DNA of 64,000 bases from Nitrospirota bacterium (GCA_963790025.1 CAWBMP010000004.1:832001-896000), one strand, 5' to 3'; positions 20,268 to 30,553 are shown, numbered from the stretch's first letter. Numbers and translations are program-made. The notes: generated by a model not told the origin, from the sequence alone.

Positions 20268-21712
20268 TGTCGCGCCAAAATGATAATGTCCTATAGTACC
20301 AATTTAGAAATGTCCTATTGAGGTAATGCTATACTGCCTCTTTTTGAGAGGGAGGCGGGATGGCAGAAGGGGACATTATCATGGTACGGCAGAAGGAATT
20401 GAGGATATTGCATGTAATTCACAAAGTAATCGAAGGAGAGATAACTCAGAGGCTGGCAGCCGAAATTATTTCAATGAGTGAAAGACAGATAAGGAGAATA
20501 GTTAAACGTATAAGCGAGGAAGGGGATACAGGAATAAGGCACCGATCTCGCGGCAGACAATCGAACAGACAAAGGCCAAGGAAGCTCAAAGAAAGGGTTA
20601 TCAAGTTATATAAGGAGCGGTATAAAGGATTTGGGCCTACTCTGGCAGCAGAAAAGCTCTTTGAGATAGACGAAATAAAGATAAGTGATGAGACCTTACG
20701 CTTATGGCTTATTGAGGCAGGAGAATGGCAGAAAAGACGAAAAAGAAAGATACATAGACAATGGCGTCCACGGAAAATGAATTGTGGGGAAATGTTGCAG
20801 ATGGATGGCTCACATCACAAATGGTTTGAAGACAGAGGCCCACAATGTGTTCTAATGGCCTATATAGATGACGCAACGGGCAGAGTATATGGCAGGTTTT
20901 ATGAATACGAGGGCACAATCCCTGCGATGGACAGTTTTAAGCGGTACATAAGGAAATATGGCATTCCTATGAGCGTATATTTTGATAGGCACAAGACCTA
21001 TAAATCTTCATCTGAGCCCTCCATAGACGACGAGATTAACGGCACTGAACCCTTGAGCGAGTTTGGCAGAGCATTGGCAGAACTTGGAGTAAAACGCATT
21101 CATGCTTATTCTCCTCAGGCGAAAGGGCGCGTGGAGAGGCTGTATGAAACGTTACAGGACCGACTGGTAAAGGAACTGCGACTGCGCGGAATCAACACAA
21201 TAGAAGAAGCAAACATGTTCATGGAAGAACATTATTGGGCTGACTTTAATAAGAAATTTATGGTTCATCCGCATCATAAGGAAGATATTCATAGGGCTAT
21301 TCCAAAGGGACTTAACCTCAACAGGATATTATGTATACGGTCAGAGCATACAGTAGGAAATGACAATACTATACGGCACAATAAAAAAATCTATCAGCTT
21401 AAAGAGGCGTTTCCAAAGAAAACGAGAGTAATAGTCGAAGAACGCATTGACGGCACGATGTTAGTAATGTACCAGGATAGACGCATTAAGTATAAAGAAA
21501 TTGATGCCCGGCCGGAAAAGATGAATAAAGAGAAAAGCACCATTAGACGATATTCACAAAATAGCGTGCCGGCAAAAGATCATCTCTGGAGAACATCACA
21601 AGACCTTATATTCAAAAGGCAAGAGTTGAGGAAAAGGTTGAGGAAAGCAGCAGCGTAAAAACCGGACATTTCTATTTTGGTAAAAATAGGACATTTCTAA
21701 ATTGGCTTGACA
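20268..21712 (+). mobile_element. IS1202-family (formerly ISNCY) insertion sequence, 1445 bp
   Basis: TGT...ACA ends; repeated AATGTCC/GGACATT sub-terminal sites; exact 17-bp direct repeat CCATCGGGAGAACATAA at 20251-20267 and 21713-21729. Confidence 0.88.
20360..21658 (+). CDS. DDE transposase (IS1202/IS481-like, rve-type)
   Basis: N-terminal HTH, GFGPTLAAEKL, QMDGS, IDDATG, YFDRH, SPQAKGRVER, QDRLVKEL. Confidence 0.93.
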   Translation: MAEGDIIMVRQKELRILHVIHKVIEGEITQRLAAEIISMSERQIRRIVKRISEEGDTGIRHRSRGRQSNRQRPRKLKERVIKLYKERYKGFGPTLAAEKLFEIDEIKISDETLRLWLIEAGEWQKRRKRKIHRQWRPRKMNCGEMLQMDGSHHKWFEDRGPQCVLMAYIDDATGRVYGRFYEYEGTIPAMDSFKRYIRKYGIPMSVYFDRHKTYKSSSEPSIDDEINGTEPLSEFGRALAELGVKRIHAYSPQAKGRVERLYETLQDRLVKELRLRGINTIEEANMFMEEHYWADFNKKFMVHPHHKEDIHRAIPKGLNLNRILCIRSEHTVGNDNTIRHNKKIYQLKEAFPKKTRVIVEERIDGTMLVMYQDRRIKYKEIDARPEKMNKEKSTIRRYSQNSVPAKDHLWRTSQDLIFKRQELRKRLRKAAA

Positions 21713-21729
21713 CCATCGGGAGAACATAA

Positions 21730-21758
21730 TTGACAGAACTTGTTAAAAAATGTAGATT
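21730..21758 (+). promoter_or_regulatory. Sigma70-type promoter of the kinase-USP pair
   Basis: TTGACA-N17-TAGATT immediately after the right target duplication. Confidence 0.55.
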
Positions 21759-21804
21759 TTAATCTGGAGCATATCCAAACCACGTTTGGACGTAACACGG
21801 CATT

Positions 21805-22830
21805 ATGGACGAGAGCAACAAAACAGAAAAAACAGATCCGGCGGGTGCAGCCCTGGAGACACCTGTTAACGAACATGACCTGAGGGACATGATCGCCCGA
21901 TGGGTAGAGCCCTGCAGGGTGCCTAAAGTCCCGAGGATTGTTACAGACACATCGGACTTCTTCAAGGTTGATTATGACGATGTGGTAATTCTTGAGACCC
22001 ATCCTTACTTTATCAGGAACTATGAACGTGAGGGCCGTTTTGGCATTGATGAAGAGCCAAAGTTCTGGGTAAGAAGAGCGATAGATTTAACTGATGGAAG
22101 TATAAAAATCATTAAAATGGTCTTTCATGAACAGTTCAAGGGAAGGGTTGGCGATATAACATTTGATTGCGTTAGAAGTCCCCGGAAAGAGGCCCTTATC
22201 CTTGACATGGTCAGAGGGCACCCCAATTTCATGCAGGGCTTTTCCGTAAGTGACTCATCGGGAAACATAATCAGGATAATCGATTTTATCAAAGGTAAGA
22301 CACTGGCTGATCATGTACTGGGACTTGGTGAAGACCATGAAGACTATTTCTGCAACTTTTTTCCGTCCGTACTGGATGAATATATGGATTTGGTCATAGC
22401 AATAAAGTTCCTTCACGAGCGTGGCGAGAAACACGGCGACATCAGGCGTGATCACATCATAAAGGAAAAAGATACCGGCTTGTGCCGCTGGATAGATTTT
22501 GATTTTAACTATCTGCATGCGGCGAATATGTTTGGATATGATCTGTTCGGCCTGGGCAACATCCTGATATACCTTGCGGGCCGGGGCGACGTGACCTTTC
22601 AACGTCTTAAAGAAGATAATTCACCCGTTGTCAATGATTTAACCGCAGATGACATGAATATCATTTTTAACAACAGGCTGGTGAATCTGAAAAAGGTCTA
22701 CCCGTACATTCCGGAGGCCCTGAATATATCTCTACTGCACTTTTCACTGGGAGCAAATGTCTTCTACGATGATACCAGCCAACTCCTCGCCGACCTGGGT
22801 GAAGTGAGGGAGCAAATTTCGCATTCGTAA
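21805..22830 (+). CDS. Protein kinase-like (Hanks-type fold) protein with atypical motifs
   Basis: IIK, KE, HGDIRRDH, IDFD, YDLFGLG in kinase subdomain order. Confidence 0.75.
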   Translation: MDESNKTEKTDPAGAALETPVNEHDLRDMIARWVEPCRVPKVPRIVTDTSDFFKVDYDDVVILETHPYFIRNYEREGRFGIDEEPKFWVRRAIDLTDGSIKIIKMVFHEQFKGRVGDITFDCVRSPRKEALILDMVRGHPNFMQGFSVSDSSGNIIRIIDFIKGKTLADHVLGLGEDHEDYFCNFFPSVLDEYMDLVIAIKFLHERGEKHGDIRRDHIIKEKDTGLCRWIDFDFNYLHAANMFGYDLFGLGNILIYLAGRGDVTFQRLKEDNSPVVNDLTADDMNIIFNNRLVNLKKVYPYIPEALNISLLHFSLGANVFYDDTSQLLADLGEVREQISHS

Positions 22831-22845
22831 TTAAGGAGAAATTTT

Positions 22846-23325
22846 ATGACGACAAACGAGACGAGTTGCCCTGCTGAAGACAGGCACATTCTTATTGCTG
22901 CGGATGAATCTGAAAATGCGAGGCGCGCTGTACTCTATGTTGCGGATTTTTTGGGATGCGTCCCGCGCGTCTTTGTGACCTTGCTCCGTGTCATACCTGA
23001 ACCTCCGGTGGATTATTTCAAAACCGGAGAAGAGCGAAGCTCCTGGATAGAGCTACAAAAATCTCAAGCGGCAGTGATGCTCGATAATTACAGCCGTATA
23101 CTTGTCCAGGCTGGGTTCACGGAAAACAAAGTCGAACAGCGCGTCGAAATCAGCAGTTGTCCGTTTATCGCGGATTGCATACTTAATGCGCAGCAGAGGC
23201 TCAAATGCGGCACTCTCGTCATAGGACGCCGGGGCATATCAAAAAAAGAGGAGTTCCTGTTCGGCAGCACATCAAGCAAAATCGTACAATCCGCCAGGAA
23301 CTGCGCCGTATGGGTAATCGAGTAG
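22846..23325 (+). CDS. Universal stress protein
   Basis: ILIAADESENARRA, VIGRRG...FLFGSTSSKI. Confidence 0.9.
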   Translation: MTTNETSCPAEDRHILIAADESENARRAVLYVADFLGCVPRVFVTLLRVIPEPPVDYFKTGEERSSWIELQKSQAAVMLDNYSRILVQAGFTENKVEQRVEISSCPFIADCILNAQQRLKCGTLVIGRRGISKKEEFLFGSTSSKIVQSARNCAVWVIE

Positions 23326-23342
23326 TCGAAAAAATGCTATCG

Positions 23343-26018
23343 TTAACAAAAAACTCTCAATGCCTCGAAGAGGCCCTCTGCTCGCTGTCTTACTTCCTCG
23401 ATATCTCCTGCAGTTTTCAGCAACCCGTTCAGCTCGGATGCAAGCATCGCCTGTTTCTCGAGCCCGCTGTTCAGCAGGCCGTCTATCAGCGCATGCAGGA
23501 CCCTCTGAATGAAATCAATTTCACCTGATGCAATCGCCTCTTCCAAGGCCTTCAGTGACGTCCGCACCGAATCAATAGAGCTCAGGAGCATGGCCCGGGC
23601 TCTTTCTTCTCCACAACCGAGATTTTCCATGAAATAGCGGACTGCAGTCTCCTTCATGTCCCCCGGCTCTGCCGCCGGCGTGTCCGTCACGTGGACTGCC
23701 GCATTATCTGTCATATTGCCTCTCCCGGCAAAAGAGAGCTTGCTCAGGGCCTCTTCGATTGCCTCTTTTTTGAGTGGCTTGGTGATGTAATCGTTCATCC
23801 CTGCATCTAATGCCCTGCTGATTTCATCCGACAGGGCGTTAGCTGACACGGCAATTATGGGGATCTGTATACCCGCTTTCCGTATCTCCTTTGTAGCAGT
23901 GATTCCGTCCATAAAAGGCATCTGCATGTCCATAAGGATTACGTCGTAGGTTGCTGCCTTTGCCATTTTGACCGCCTCGACTCCGTCATGAGCAATGTCC
24001 GGCCTGATGGAAAAGAAGGTCTGCAACATCGCTTGCGCCAAAAGGACATTCATCTCAACATCTTCAACAACAAGTACCTTCAACGCACTGAACCTGTCTG
24101 CGGCAACCTCCCACCGCCTCGCAGCTGTTTCTTTTCCCGATGGCTTAGGAATAGTCCCCAGCACAAAACTGACATAAAACTTAGTCCCCACTCCCTCTTT
24201 GCTTACAACCTCGATATCACCGTCCATCATCCTGGCAATTGACCTTGAAAGGTAAAGGCCAAGACCTGTCCCGCCATATCTGGACGAATGCATCTGTTTG
24301 AAGGGCGTAAAGAGATACTGTATTCTGTCCTCTGGGATACCGATACCCGTGTCCTCTACGCAGAATCTGAATGCAGCGCCGTCGGTACCAATATCTTCAT
24401 CGGCCATCAAAGAGAGCTTAACATATCCATTTTCAGTAAATTTAGCCGCGTTGCCAAGGAGATTTAGGAAAATCTGCTTAATACGCATCGCATCTCCAAC
24501 CACAAGAAAATCCATTTTGGGTATTTCATGCAAAAACTTCACCGTCTTCTGCCCGCGTGAGGAGATTATGGCCAGACATTCCACCATAATTTCCCGGAGA
24601 TCGAAGGGTTCCATCTTCAGATTCAATTGTCCTGCATCGATCTTCGAGACATCGAGCACATCGTTGATAAGAGAAAGGAGGTGATCGGCACTCTTCTGCG
24701 TATATTGCAGCAACTGGCGCTGGTATGCGTCGAGCGAAGTGGTAGACAGGACGTCGCCGAACCCGATGATTGAGTTCAGCGGCGTCCTGATCTCGTGGCT
24801 CATAGAGGCAAGGAAGCGCTTCTGGGACTCGAGCGCATGTCGGCGACTTTCAGATGTTTCCGCAAGTTCCTCTGTTTTCCGCCTCAGCTCCTCCTCCGTC
24901 TTGATACGCCCGGTAATGTCTTTTGCCACACAGACTATCCCGTACATTTTGTTCTTAACATACATGGTGGACCCTGAAAAGAGCATAGGGACCTTTGCAC
25001 CGTCTTTCGTTATGTACTTGGTTTCGTAGCTGCTGATGAGGCCCTTAGATATCACTTCATCAATAATCGGCTCACTCGTGGTCGCGCCACCATCCAGAAT
25101 CACTGCAATGGGTTTACCGATAAGTTCTTTTTCCTCGTAGCCCAATAGTGCAGCCGTCGCGTCATTCGCCATGATAATATTTTTATCCGGAGATAGAACA
25201 ATGAGCGTATCGATTATGCTCTTGATTATCGTATCCACATAATCTTTAGAGACGGTCACTTTCTCCAAACTGCTGAGCATTTGATTAAACCTGTCAGCCA
25301 GCAGCTTCACCTCGCCAATCGTGTCGACCTTTACACGTGTAGAGAGATCGCCATCAGCAAGTACGGATGTTGCCCGAGTGAGCTCCGCTATTGGGTCTAA
25401 TAAAATTTTCTTTGAAGCGACAAACATCATGACGCCGAGCACGAGCGCTACCGCCGCATTCAGAGAGACGATAAACAGTATCACACGCGCAACCTGCTTG
25501 TTAAGCCTATATTCCGACATACCAATAGTAACTTCGCCGACAGGTGTAACCCCCACCATGACTGGAACAGAGATTTCCATGATAGGTTCCATTTTTTTGA
25601 CGCCATCCACAATATCCTGAAGCCCGCTGTCTCTTGGTAACTGTGAGAGGATTTTATTGAACCTTGGAAACTGGTAGTTTACGCTGGCAAATTGAGAAGT
25701 CAGAAGGTTCCCTTGTTCATCGCGGATAACGGAATAGACAATGTCTTCCTTGTGCAAATCGTTCACAAGGACATCCAGGTGCAGATAATCCTTCAGGACC
25801 AGACTGTCCCTGCTCTGTCGGGCCAATAAGGAAGCGAGACTTTGCCCATGCTCCAACAAGGTGTTCTTTTGCTCTCTCCGTTCATTTATTGCGATAACGA
25901 TACTTAATCCAAGTGTACCGATGAAGAGGATAGCGAATAATATACTCAGGAATCTGAAGCGGATGCTATTTTGAAATCGTTCTTTGACCATGACTATCGG
26001 CCCATTCCGTCCCAACAA
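23343..26018 (-). CDS. Hybrid sensor histidine kinase (TM sensor-HAMP-PAS-HisKA-HATPase-REC-degenerate Hpt)
   Basis: SHEIRTPL, NLLGNAAKFT, DTGIGI, GTGLGL, DMQMP, KP; C-terminal LHALIDG. Confidence 0.92.
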   Translation of the reverse strand: MLGRNGPIVMVKERFQNSIRFRFLSILFAILFIGTLGLSIVIAINERREQKNTLLEHGQSLASLLARQSRDSLVLKDYLHLDVLVNDLHKEDIVYSVIRDEQGNLLTSQFASVNYQFPRFNKILSQLPRDSGLQDIVDGVKKMEPIMEISVPVMVGVTPVGEVTIGMSEYRLNKQVARVILFIVSLNAAVALVLGVMMFVASKKILLDPIAELTRATSVLADGDLSTRVKVDTIGEVKLLADRFNQMLSSLEKVTVSKDYVDTIIKSIIDTLIVLSPDKNIIMANDATAALLGYEEKELIGKPIAVILDGGATTSEPIIDEVISKGLISSYETKYITKDGAKVPMLFSGSTMYVKNKMYGIVCVAKDITGRIKTEEELRRKTEELAETSESRRHALESQKRFLASMSHEIRTPLNSIIGFGDVLSTTSLDAYQRQLLQYTQKSADHLLSLINDVLDVSKIDAGQLNLKMEPFDLREIMVECLAIISSRGQKTVKFLHEIPKMDFLVVGDAMRIKQIFLNLLGNAAKFTENGYVKLSLMADEDIGTDGAAFRFCVEDTGIGIPEDRIQYLFTPFKQMHSSRYGGTGLGLYLSRSIARMMDGDIEVVSKEGVGTKFYVSFVLGTIPKPSGKETAARRWEVAADRFSALKVLVVEDVEMNVLLAQAMLQTFFSIRPDIAHDGVEAVKMAKAATYDVILMDMQMPFMDGITATKEIRKAGIQIPIIAVSANALSDEISRALDAGMNDYITKPLKKEAIEEALSKLSFAGRGNMTDNAAVHVTDTPAAEPGDMKETAVRYFMENLGCGEERARAMLLSSIDSVRTSLKALEEAIASGEIDFIQRVLHALIDGLLNSGLEKQAMLASELNGLLKTAGDIEEVRQRAEGLFEALRVFC

Positions 26019-26032
26019 CGTGTTCCCACGAT

Positions 26033-26995
26033 TTATTTTAGCTTCTTGGTTACCTTATTCATTATTTTCTGAGGTATCTGAAACCGCCCGGCCCTTAATG
26101 TCTCCATGTTAAGCACCATCTCATATTTTCCTGGAGATTCTATAGGGATAGATGACGGCTTTGCGCCTTTTAAAATCCTTATCGCTTTTTCTCCTGCCAT
26201 ACGGCCACCCTTATAGGAATCATCGCATATGCCGAGAAGTGCCCCTTTTCTCACCAGGTCTTCGAGATGGGTCATAGTGACAACTCCTGCCTTAGTTGCC
26301 ATATCCGCGATCATTGAAATATTGCTGTCGACAAGGTTGCTGCCGGTAAAATAAATCGCATCCGATGTCCGGACAACTGCCGTCATGATTTCAGGAATAT
26401 CCTCAGCCTTAGTCAAGGGGACCGGCTGAATTTTGATAGTATAATTCTTCTGAATATTCAGCATATCTCTAAGTATTGACTCGGAATTCTTTTCATCTGG
26501 AGTATAGAGAACAGCCAGTTTTTTTATCGTCCCGAACTCTTGCACGGTGTCAAGGAGCTTTGATACGGGAAATTTTGTGGTAGTGCCCGTTGTGTTGTTG
26601 CCCGAGCTCTTCCAAGACTTTGCTATTCCTGCCTCCACAGGATCGTAGACGACAGCAAATACTATCGGGGTTGTTTTAATCTCTCTGGCGGTAGCTACAG
26701 TCGCAGAGGTGCCTATGGTAAAGATCAAATCCATTTTTAATGCAGCAAACGTCTTTACCAACTCCGCTGCCCTCGCCTTGTTGGCATCAGCTTGTTCAAT
26801 AATGAACATTGTTTCGGGTCCTTTGAAGCCGGCTTCCTTGAGCACATCGATAAAGCCTTTGACAGCGTCATCATAGCGGGTCTGTCCACTGAAAGCAAGG
26901 ATACCTATCTTTTTTTCCGCTCTCGCTTCCGCAGAAAGAAGGGCGATGCTTGCAACAAAAAAAGCAAGGACCAGAATCTTTTTAACTGTCTGCAT
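26033..26995 (-). CDS. Orphan ABC_sub_bind-type periplasmic binding protein
   Basis: Signal peptide, PIVFAVVYDPV.AG, GNNTTG, LYTPDEKNS, ILKGAKPSSIP. Confidence 0.85.
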   Translation of the reverse strand: MQTVKKILVLAFFVASIALLSAEARAEKKIGILAFSGQTRYDDAVKGFIDVLKEAGFKGPETMFIIEQADANKARAAELVKTFAALKMDLIFTIGTSATVATAREIKTTPIVFAVVYDPVEAGIAKSWKSSGNNTTGTTTKFPVSKLLDTVQEFGTIKKLAVLYTPDEKNSESILRDMLNIQKNYTIKIQPVPLTKAEDIPEIMTAVVRTSDAIYFTGSNLVDSNISMIADMATKAGVVTMTHLEDLVRKGALLGICDDSYKGGRMAGEKAIRILKGAKPSSIPIESPGKYEMVLNMETLRAGRFQIPQKIMNKVTKKLK

Positions 26996-27055
26996 TGTCT
27001 TATCTTATACTCGTCCGGCAATTTTGTCCATCCGGATTTAAGGAAATTAATTATT

Positions 27056-27090
27056 AAAAAAGGGCGAAGGAAACTCCTGCGCCCTTTTTT
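27056..27090. terminator. Intrinsic terminator after the cytochrome gene
   Basis: AAAAAAGGGCG-aaggaaactcctg-CGCCCTTTTTT. Confidence 0.75.
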
Positions 27091-27114
27091 AAACCGTGTT
27101 TCCCCGTCCGCTAT

Positions 27115-27984
27115 TTACTTATGGCACTTGTCGCACTCCGTAACCGCTACCGCAATTTTTCCGTTGTGGCACGTGCCGCAGTATTTGCCATTGTTCATTG
27201 CATCCATAGTCATCTTACCATTGGTCTTCTTCATTGCAAACAGTCTTGGGTGGCATTTTTCGCAGGAGAACTGAGCAGTGTGCACCTGATGGCTGAATTG
27301 AACAGGGCCGGCGTCTTTAGGCTTATATGCAAGCGGCGTCTTCGGCGGGGTCATCTTGGCATGGCATTTGGTGCATTCAGTGGAAGCAAAGGCAGTTTTT
27401 CCGTTATGGCATGAGCCGCAGTATTTGCCGCCGTACAGATCGCTCATGGAGATCTTGTCCGCTCCCTTTTTCGGTGCAAAGAGCTTCGAATGGCAGTCCG
27501 CACATTTATAGTTCCTTGCGTGCAATTCATGCACAAAACTTACCGCTGAATCACCGCTTCCCATGACAATCGCACCTTTAGGTCCCTGTATTGATTTAGC
27601 AATGGGTTTGGGCTTTCCTTCGACTGCCGTAAACTCCTTTACGCCGCCATGACAGCGGGCGCATTGCGTGTTTGAAGCAAAAGCCGCCTTGCCATTATGG
27701 CATGCGCCGCAGTATTTGCCGCTGTACAGTCCCTCCATGTTAAAATCCGCTTTCCCCTGTGCTGCCAATGCCTTCATTTCAAAAAGGTTCGTGTGGCACA
27801 CATCGCAGCTCAGCCCTTTTTCATCCACATGCAACTTATGGCTGAAAAGCACGGACTTGAGGGGTTTCGTATACATGATGTCCCCTCCCCCTGCAGCCGC
27901 TTCGTCAGCAAAGGCATTGCCAGAACCAAGGAGGAAAACCGTTGTCACAATAATGAGGAAGCAGGAATAACCTATTTTGTTCAT
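27115..27984 (-). CDS. Periplasmic 9-heme cytochrome c, three c7-type repeats
   Basis: Signal peptide; 9 CxxCH; thrice repeated F.H..H...CxxCH...M....GKYCGxCHNGK...CxxCH. Confidence 0.92.
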   Translation of the reverse strand: MNKIGYSCFLIIVTTVFLLGSGNAFADEAAAGGGDIMYTKPLKSVLFSHKLHVDEKGLSCDVCHTNLFEMKALAAQGKADFNMEGLYSGKYCGACHNGKAAFASNTQCARCHGGVKEFTAVEGKPKPIAKSIQGPKGAIVMGSGDSAVSFVHELHARNYKCADCHSKLFAPKKGADKISMSDLYGGKYCGSCHNGKTAFASTECTKCHAKMTPPKTPLAYKPKDAGPVQFSHQVHTAQFSCEKCHPRLFAMKKTNGKMTMDAMNNGKYCGTCHNGKIAVAVTECDKCHK

Positions 27985-28032
27985 TAATAACCCCTCTTAA
28001 ATGTAGTTAAGAAATTAAGATAGTAATAGGTG

Positions 28033-28099
28033 TAATGAAGGATGTGTCTCTGGAGCGAATCACGGACTCTTGGTAACAGTTCTCGGCGATCCTTCATTA
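28033..28099. repeat. Internally deleted copy of the long palindromic element at 38730
   Basis: Shares GATGTGTCTCTGGAGCGAATC and TCTTGGTAACAGTTCT; 11-bp TIR TAATGAAGGAT/ATCCTTCATTA. Confidence 0.75.
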
Positions 28100-28123
28100 A
28101 TCTCTCAATTGCAATATATCGTA

Positions 28124-28879
28124 TTATCCCTTTGTGTAAAAAACATTGGGTTTTGCTCCGACTTCAGGACGTAACATCCATACTGCTTTTTCGAGCTGGT
28201 GCACCATCTTGTAGACCTCGCTTCCGGGGTCCGACAAATCACCAAAATTCCTGACGCTGGCGGGACATGCCGCAGCGCAGGCAGTCAGCTTTTCACCTTT
28301 GGAAATCCGGGTATCGTAACAGAAATTGCACTTGTCAATGGCGTGTCGCTCCTCATTGAAATACCGCGCGTTATAAGGGCAAGCCAGCATGCAGTTCTTG
28401 CAGCCTATGCATTTATAGCTTTGCATCAAAACAATACCGGTTTTCTCATCCTTTATAGTCGCCCTGGTCGGGCAGGCCCTCACACACGGCGGGTTGTTGC
28501 ATTGATTGCAGAGCACCGGGATAAATTCCCTCTTTCTACCTATGTCGTCGGGGACGTCTTTCTCCAATATCCTTGTCCGGTAGCCATATGAGGGCACATC
28601 GTTCGTAATGATGCAGGCATCTATGCAGCGCTCGCAGTCTATGCACCTGTCCTGCCGCAGGACCATGGTGTAATGCGGCTTGTACGGATATTTTTTTGCC
28701 GCCTCCTCGGGGGAAGCGAAGACACTGTTGAAATTCGACATTGCAGATAAGACCGTACCTCCCGCAAACACACCGGTTATAATAAGTCCGATCTTCAGGA
28801 ATTCCCTTCGCTCCATCGGAGATACCGAATCCATACTCTCTCTTTTCAAATTATCCAAATCTATTTTGACGTTCTTCAC
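28124..28879 (-). CDS. Tat-exported 4Fe-4S protein (NrfC/PsrB/DmsB-like)
   Basis: RREFLK Tat motif; CIDCERC..AC, CNQC...PC..CP, CIGCKNC..ACP, CNFC...C...CP. Confidence 0.9.
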   Translation of the reverse strand: MKNVKIDLDNLKRESMDSVSPMERREFLKIGLIITGVFAGGTVLSAMSNFNSVFASPEEAAKKYPYKPHYTMVLRQDRCIDCERCIDACIITNDVPSYGYRTRILEKDVPDDIGRKREFIPVLCNQCNNPPCVRACPTRATIKDEKTGIVLMQSYKCIGCKNCMLACPYNARYFNEERHAIDKCNFCYDTRISKGEKLTACAAACPASVRNFGDLSDPGSEVYKMVHQLEKAVWMLRPEVGAKPNVFYTKG

Positions 28880-28901
28880 TGCGCAGCCTCCGTTTCAGTA
28901 G

Positions 28902-30155
28902 TTAATGTATCTCGCTCTTGTGCCCCCGGAACACTTTCTCTCCTATCATGAATGTCGTCACGCAAATCCCAAGACCTGCCACAACCACCGAGATTTCATG
29001 AAAGGTAGGGGTGTACGTCAGCAACGACGGATATTCCCTGACACCCAGATCGTAAGCCATAGGCACAACCTGCCCGAGTACCACGAGATCGTATCTCATG
29101 AAGAAGATCGATACCAGCATCATTGCCGAAGCCAGGAAACCCAGGCCGACGCTTCTGCATTTGGAGAAGAGAAAGAGCACGAAGGGTATTACCAATCCTA
29201 TCAATATCTCCACGACCCAAAAATTGAAGGCAAAAGGTCCGGTCATCATGGCCTTGAGGGCGATCACCTTGTCGGGTCTGCCGGTGAGGCCTGTAATGAT
29301 ATTCCATCCAGTAAGGAAAAGTACTATTACAATCATAAGCATACAGAGCTTCGATACGGCTTCGAGGGCCCGGAGCATGGGCCTGTCCATCTTCTCGTCA
29401 GTGATCTTGTACGCCAGCCAAGTGAAAAAAATTATTGCCGCACACCCCGATACAATGGCCAGCGCTATAAAATAAACCGGCACATAAGGCCCATACCATA
29501 ATCCACGGCCGTTCAGCATGCCAAAGATGGCGCCCAGGTTGCTTTGCGCTGCAACACCGGCGATCAACCCGAGGAGACCGAAATACGTTGCAAATTTGTG
29601 GTTTTCCACCAAAATAAAAGTAAACTCCACTATCATAAAAAACATATACACGCCGTAAAGGGTGCCCATCCACCAGATGTTGGAGGTCAATCCGGGTGAA
29701 ATCACATTATAAAGGGCCATCCTGAAAGGGTTCTCTATATCAAAAAAAATGATGGTAAACCCCGGGATGATAGTTGCGATAGAGAGGAATACCGAGCGCT
29801 TCGCGATCGGCATAAAATCTTTCACCCCGAAAACATGCCCGATGGCTGAAACTATGCAAAGACCGGTCGTTGTCGCCACAAAGAAGATGTATGTGGAGAT
29901 CAATAAACCCCACGGTATTTCCCTGGTTACTCCATACGCGTGCCGGTACCCCATGCGGAACGCATCAAAAGCCCCAAGAGTTCCGGCGTAAACAATAGCG
30001 ATGCCCAGACCCAACAGTATGTAAAAGGATTTGCTGCCTGATAAAAACCCGATCAAAGTGGAGGACCACTCCACCAAAAACGAGGATTTTAAAGATTTTG
30101 TCAGGCCACTAACTATCTCCGAAGTCTTTATATCCGGTTTTGACTCATTCTCCAT
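28902..30155 (-). CDS. NrfD/PsrC-family membrane quinol-interacting subunit
   Basis: PWGLLISTYIFF, ENPFR, SNIWWMGTLY, RYDLV, YTPT; about 10 TM helices. Confidence 0.9.
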   Translation of the reverse strand: MENESKPDIKTSEIVSGLTKSLKSSFLVEWSSTLIGFLSGSKSFYILLGLGIAIVYAGTLGAFDAFRMGYRHAYGVTREIPWGLLISTYIFFVATTTGLCIVSAIGHVFGVKDFMPIAKRSVFLSIATIIPGFTIIFFDIENPFRMALYNVISPGLTSNIWWMGTLYGVYMFFMIVEFTFILVENHKFATYFGLLGLIAGVAAQSNLGAIFGMLNGRGLWYGPYVPVYFIALAIVSGCAAIIFFTWLAYKITDEKMDRPMLRALEAVSKLCMLMIVIVLFLTGWNIITGLTGRPDKVIALKAMMTGPFAFNFWVVEILIGLVIPFVLFLFSKCRSVGLGFLASAMMLVSIFFMRYDLVVLGQVVPMAYDLGVREYPSLLTYTPTFHEISVVVAGLGICVTTFMIGEKVFRGHKSEIH

Positions 30156-30178
30156 TATCCCTCCTTGATCTCAAACCA

Positions 30179-30532
30179 TTATCCTTTTTTGCCCTGGATG
30201 ATTATTTCCTTGTTCACTTCTTTATAGGGTGAACTGTCCGAAATGATGATATCGCCATATTTGCTCTGAAAGGACAACAGTTGATCAAGGCTGTTGATCT
30301 CGATAACCCATTGTTTTACCTTAGTCTTCTTATCGCATACAATCATCCCGTTTTCTTCCCGGTGATTTTCGCCTTCGGCTATCCAGTCCTTATACCAGAT
30401 CTTTCCTTTCGCTTCTTCAAGCGTTTTGACATCTCTGTAATCCAGGGGGACCAACTCATACTCCTTAGCCTCATCACAGGGACTTCTACTTTCTCTCAGA
30501 GATATCCTCTTCCCGCTTACAACAAAGAGCAT
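30179..30532 (-). CDS. Hypothetical soluble protein
   Basis: 117-aa ORF with AGGAGG SD inside the operon. Confidence 0.75.
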   Translation of the reverse strand: MLFVVSGKRISLRESRSPCDEAKEYELVPLDYRDVKTLEEAKGKIWYKDWIAEGENHREENGMIVCDKKTKVKQWVIEINSLDQLLSFQSKYGDIIISDSSPYKEVNKEIIIQGKKG

Positions 30533-30553
30533 TATTTTTATCCTCCTGCTTTT

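Noticed and set aside
21707..21735. Hybrid promoter created by TTGACA at the IS right end
   Set aside because: The nearest -10-like hexamer (CATAAT) is only 12 bp away; the native TTGACA-N17-TAGATT explains expression
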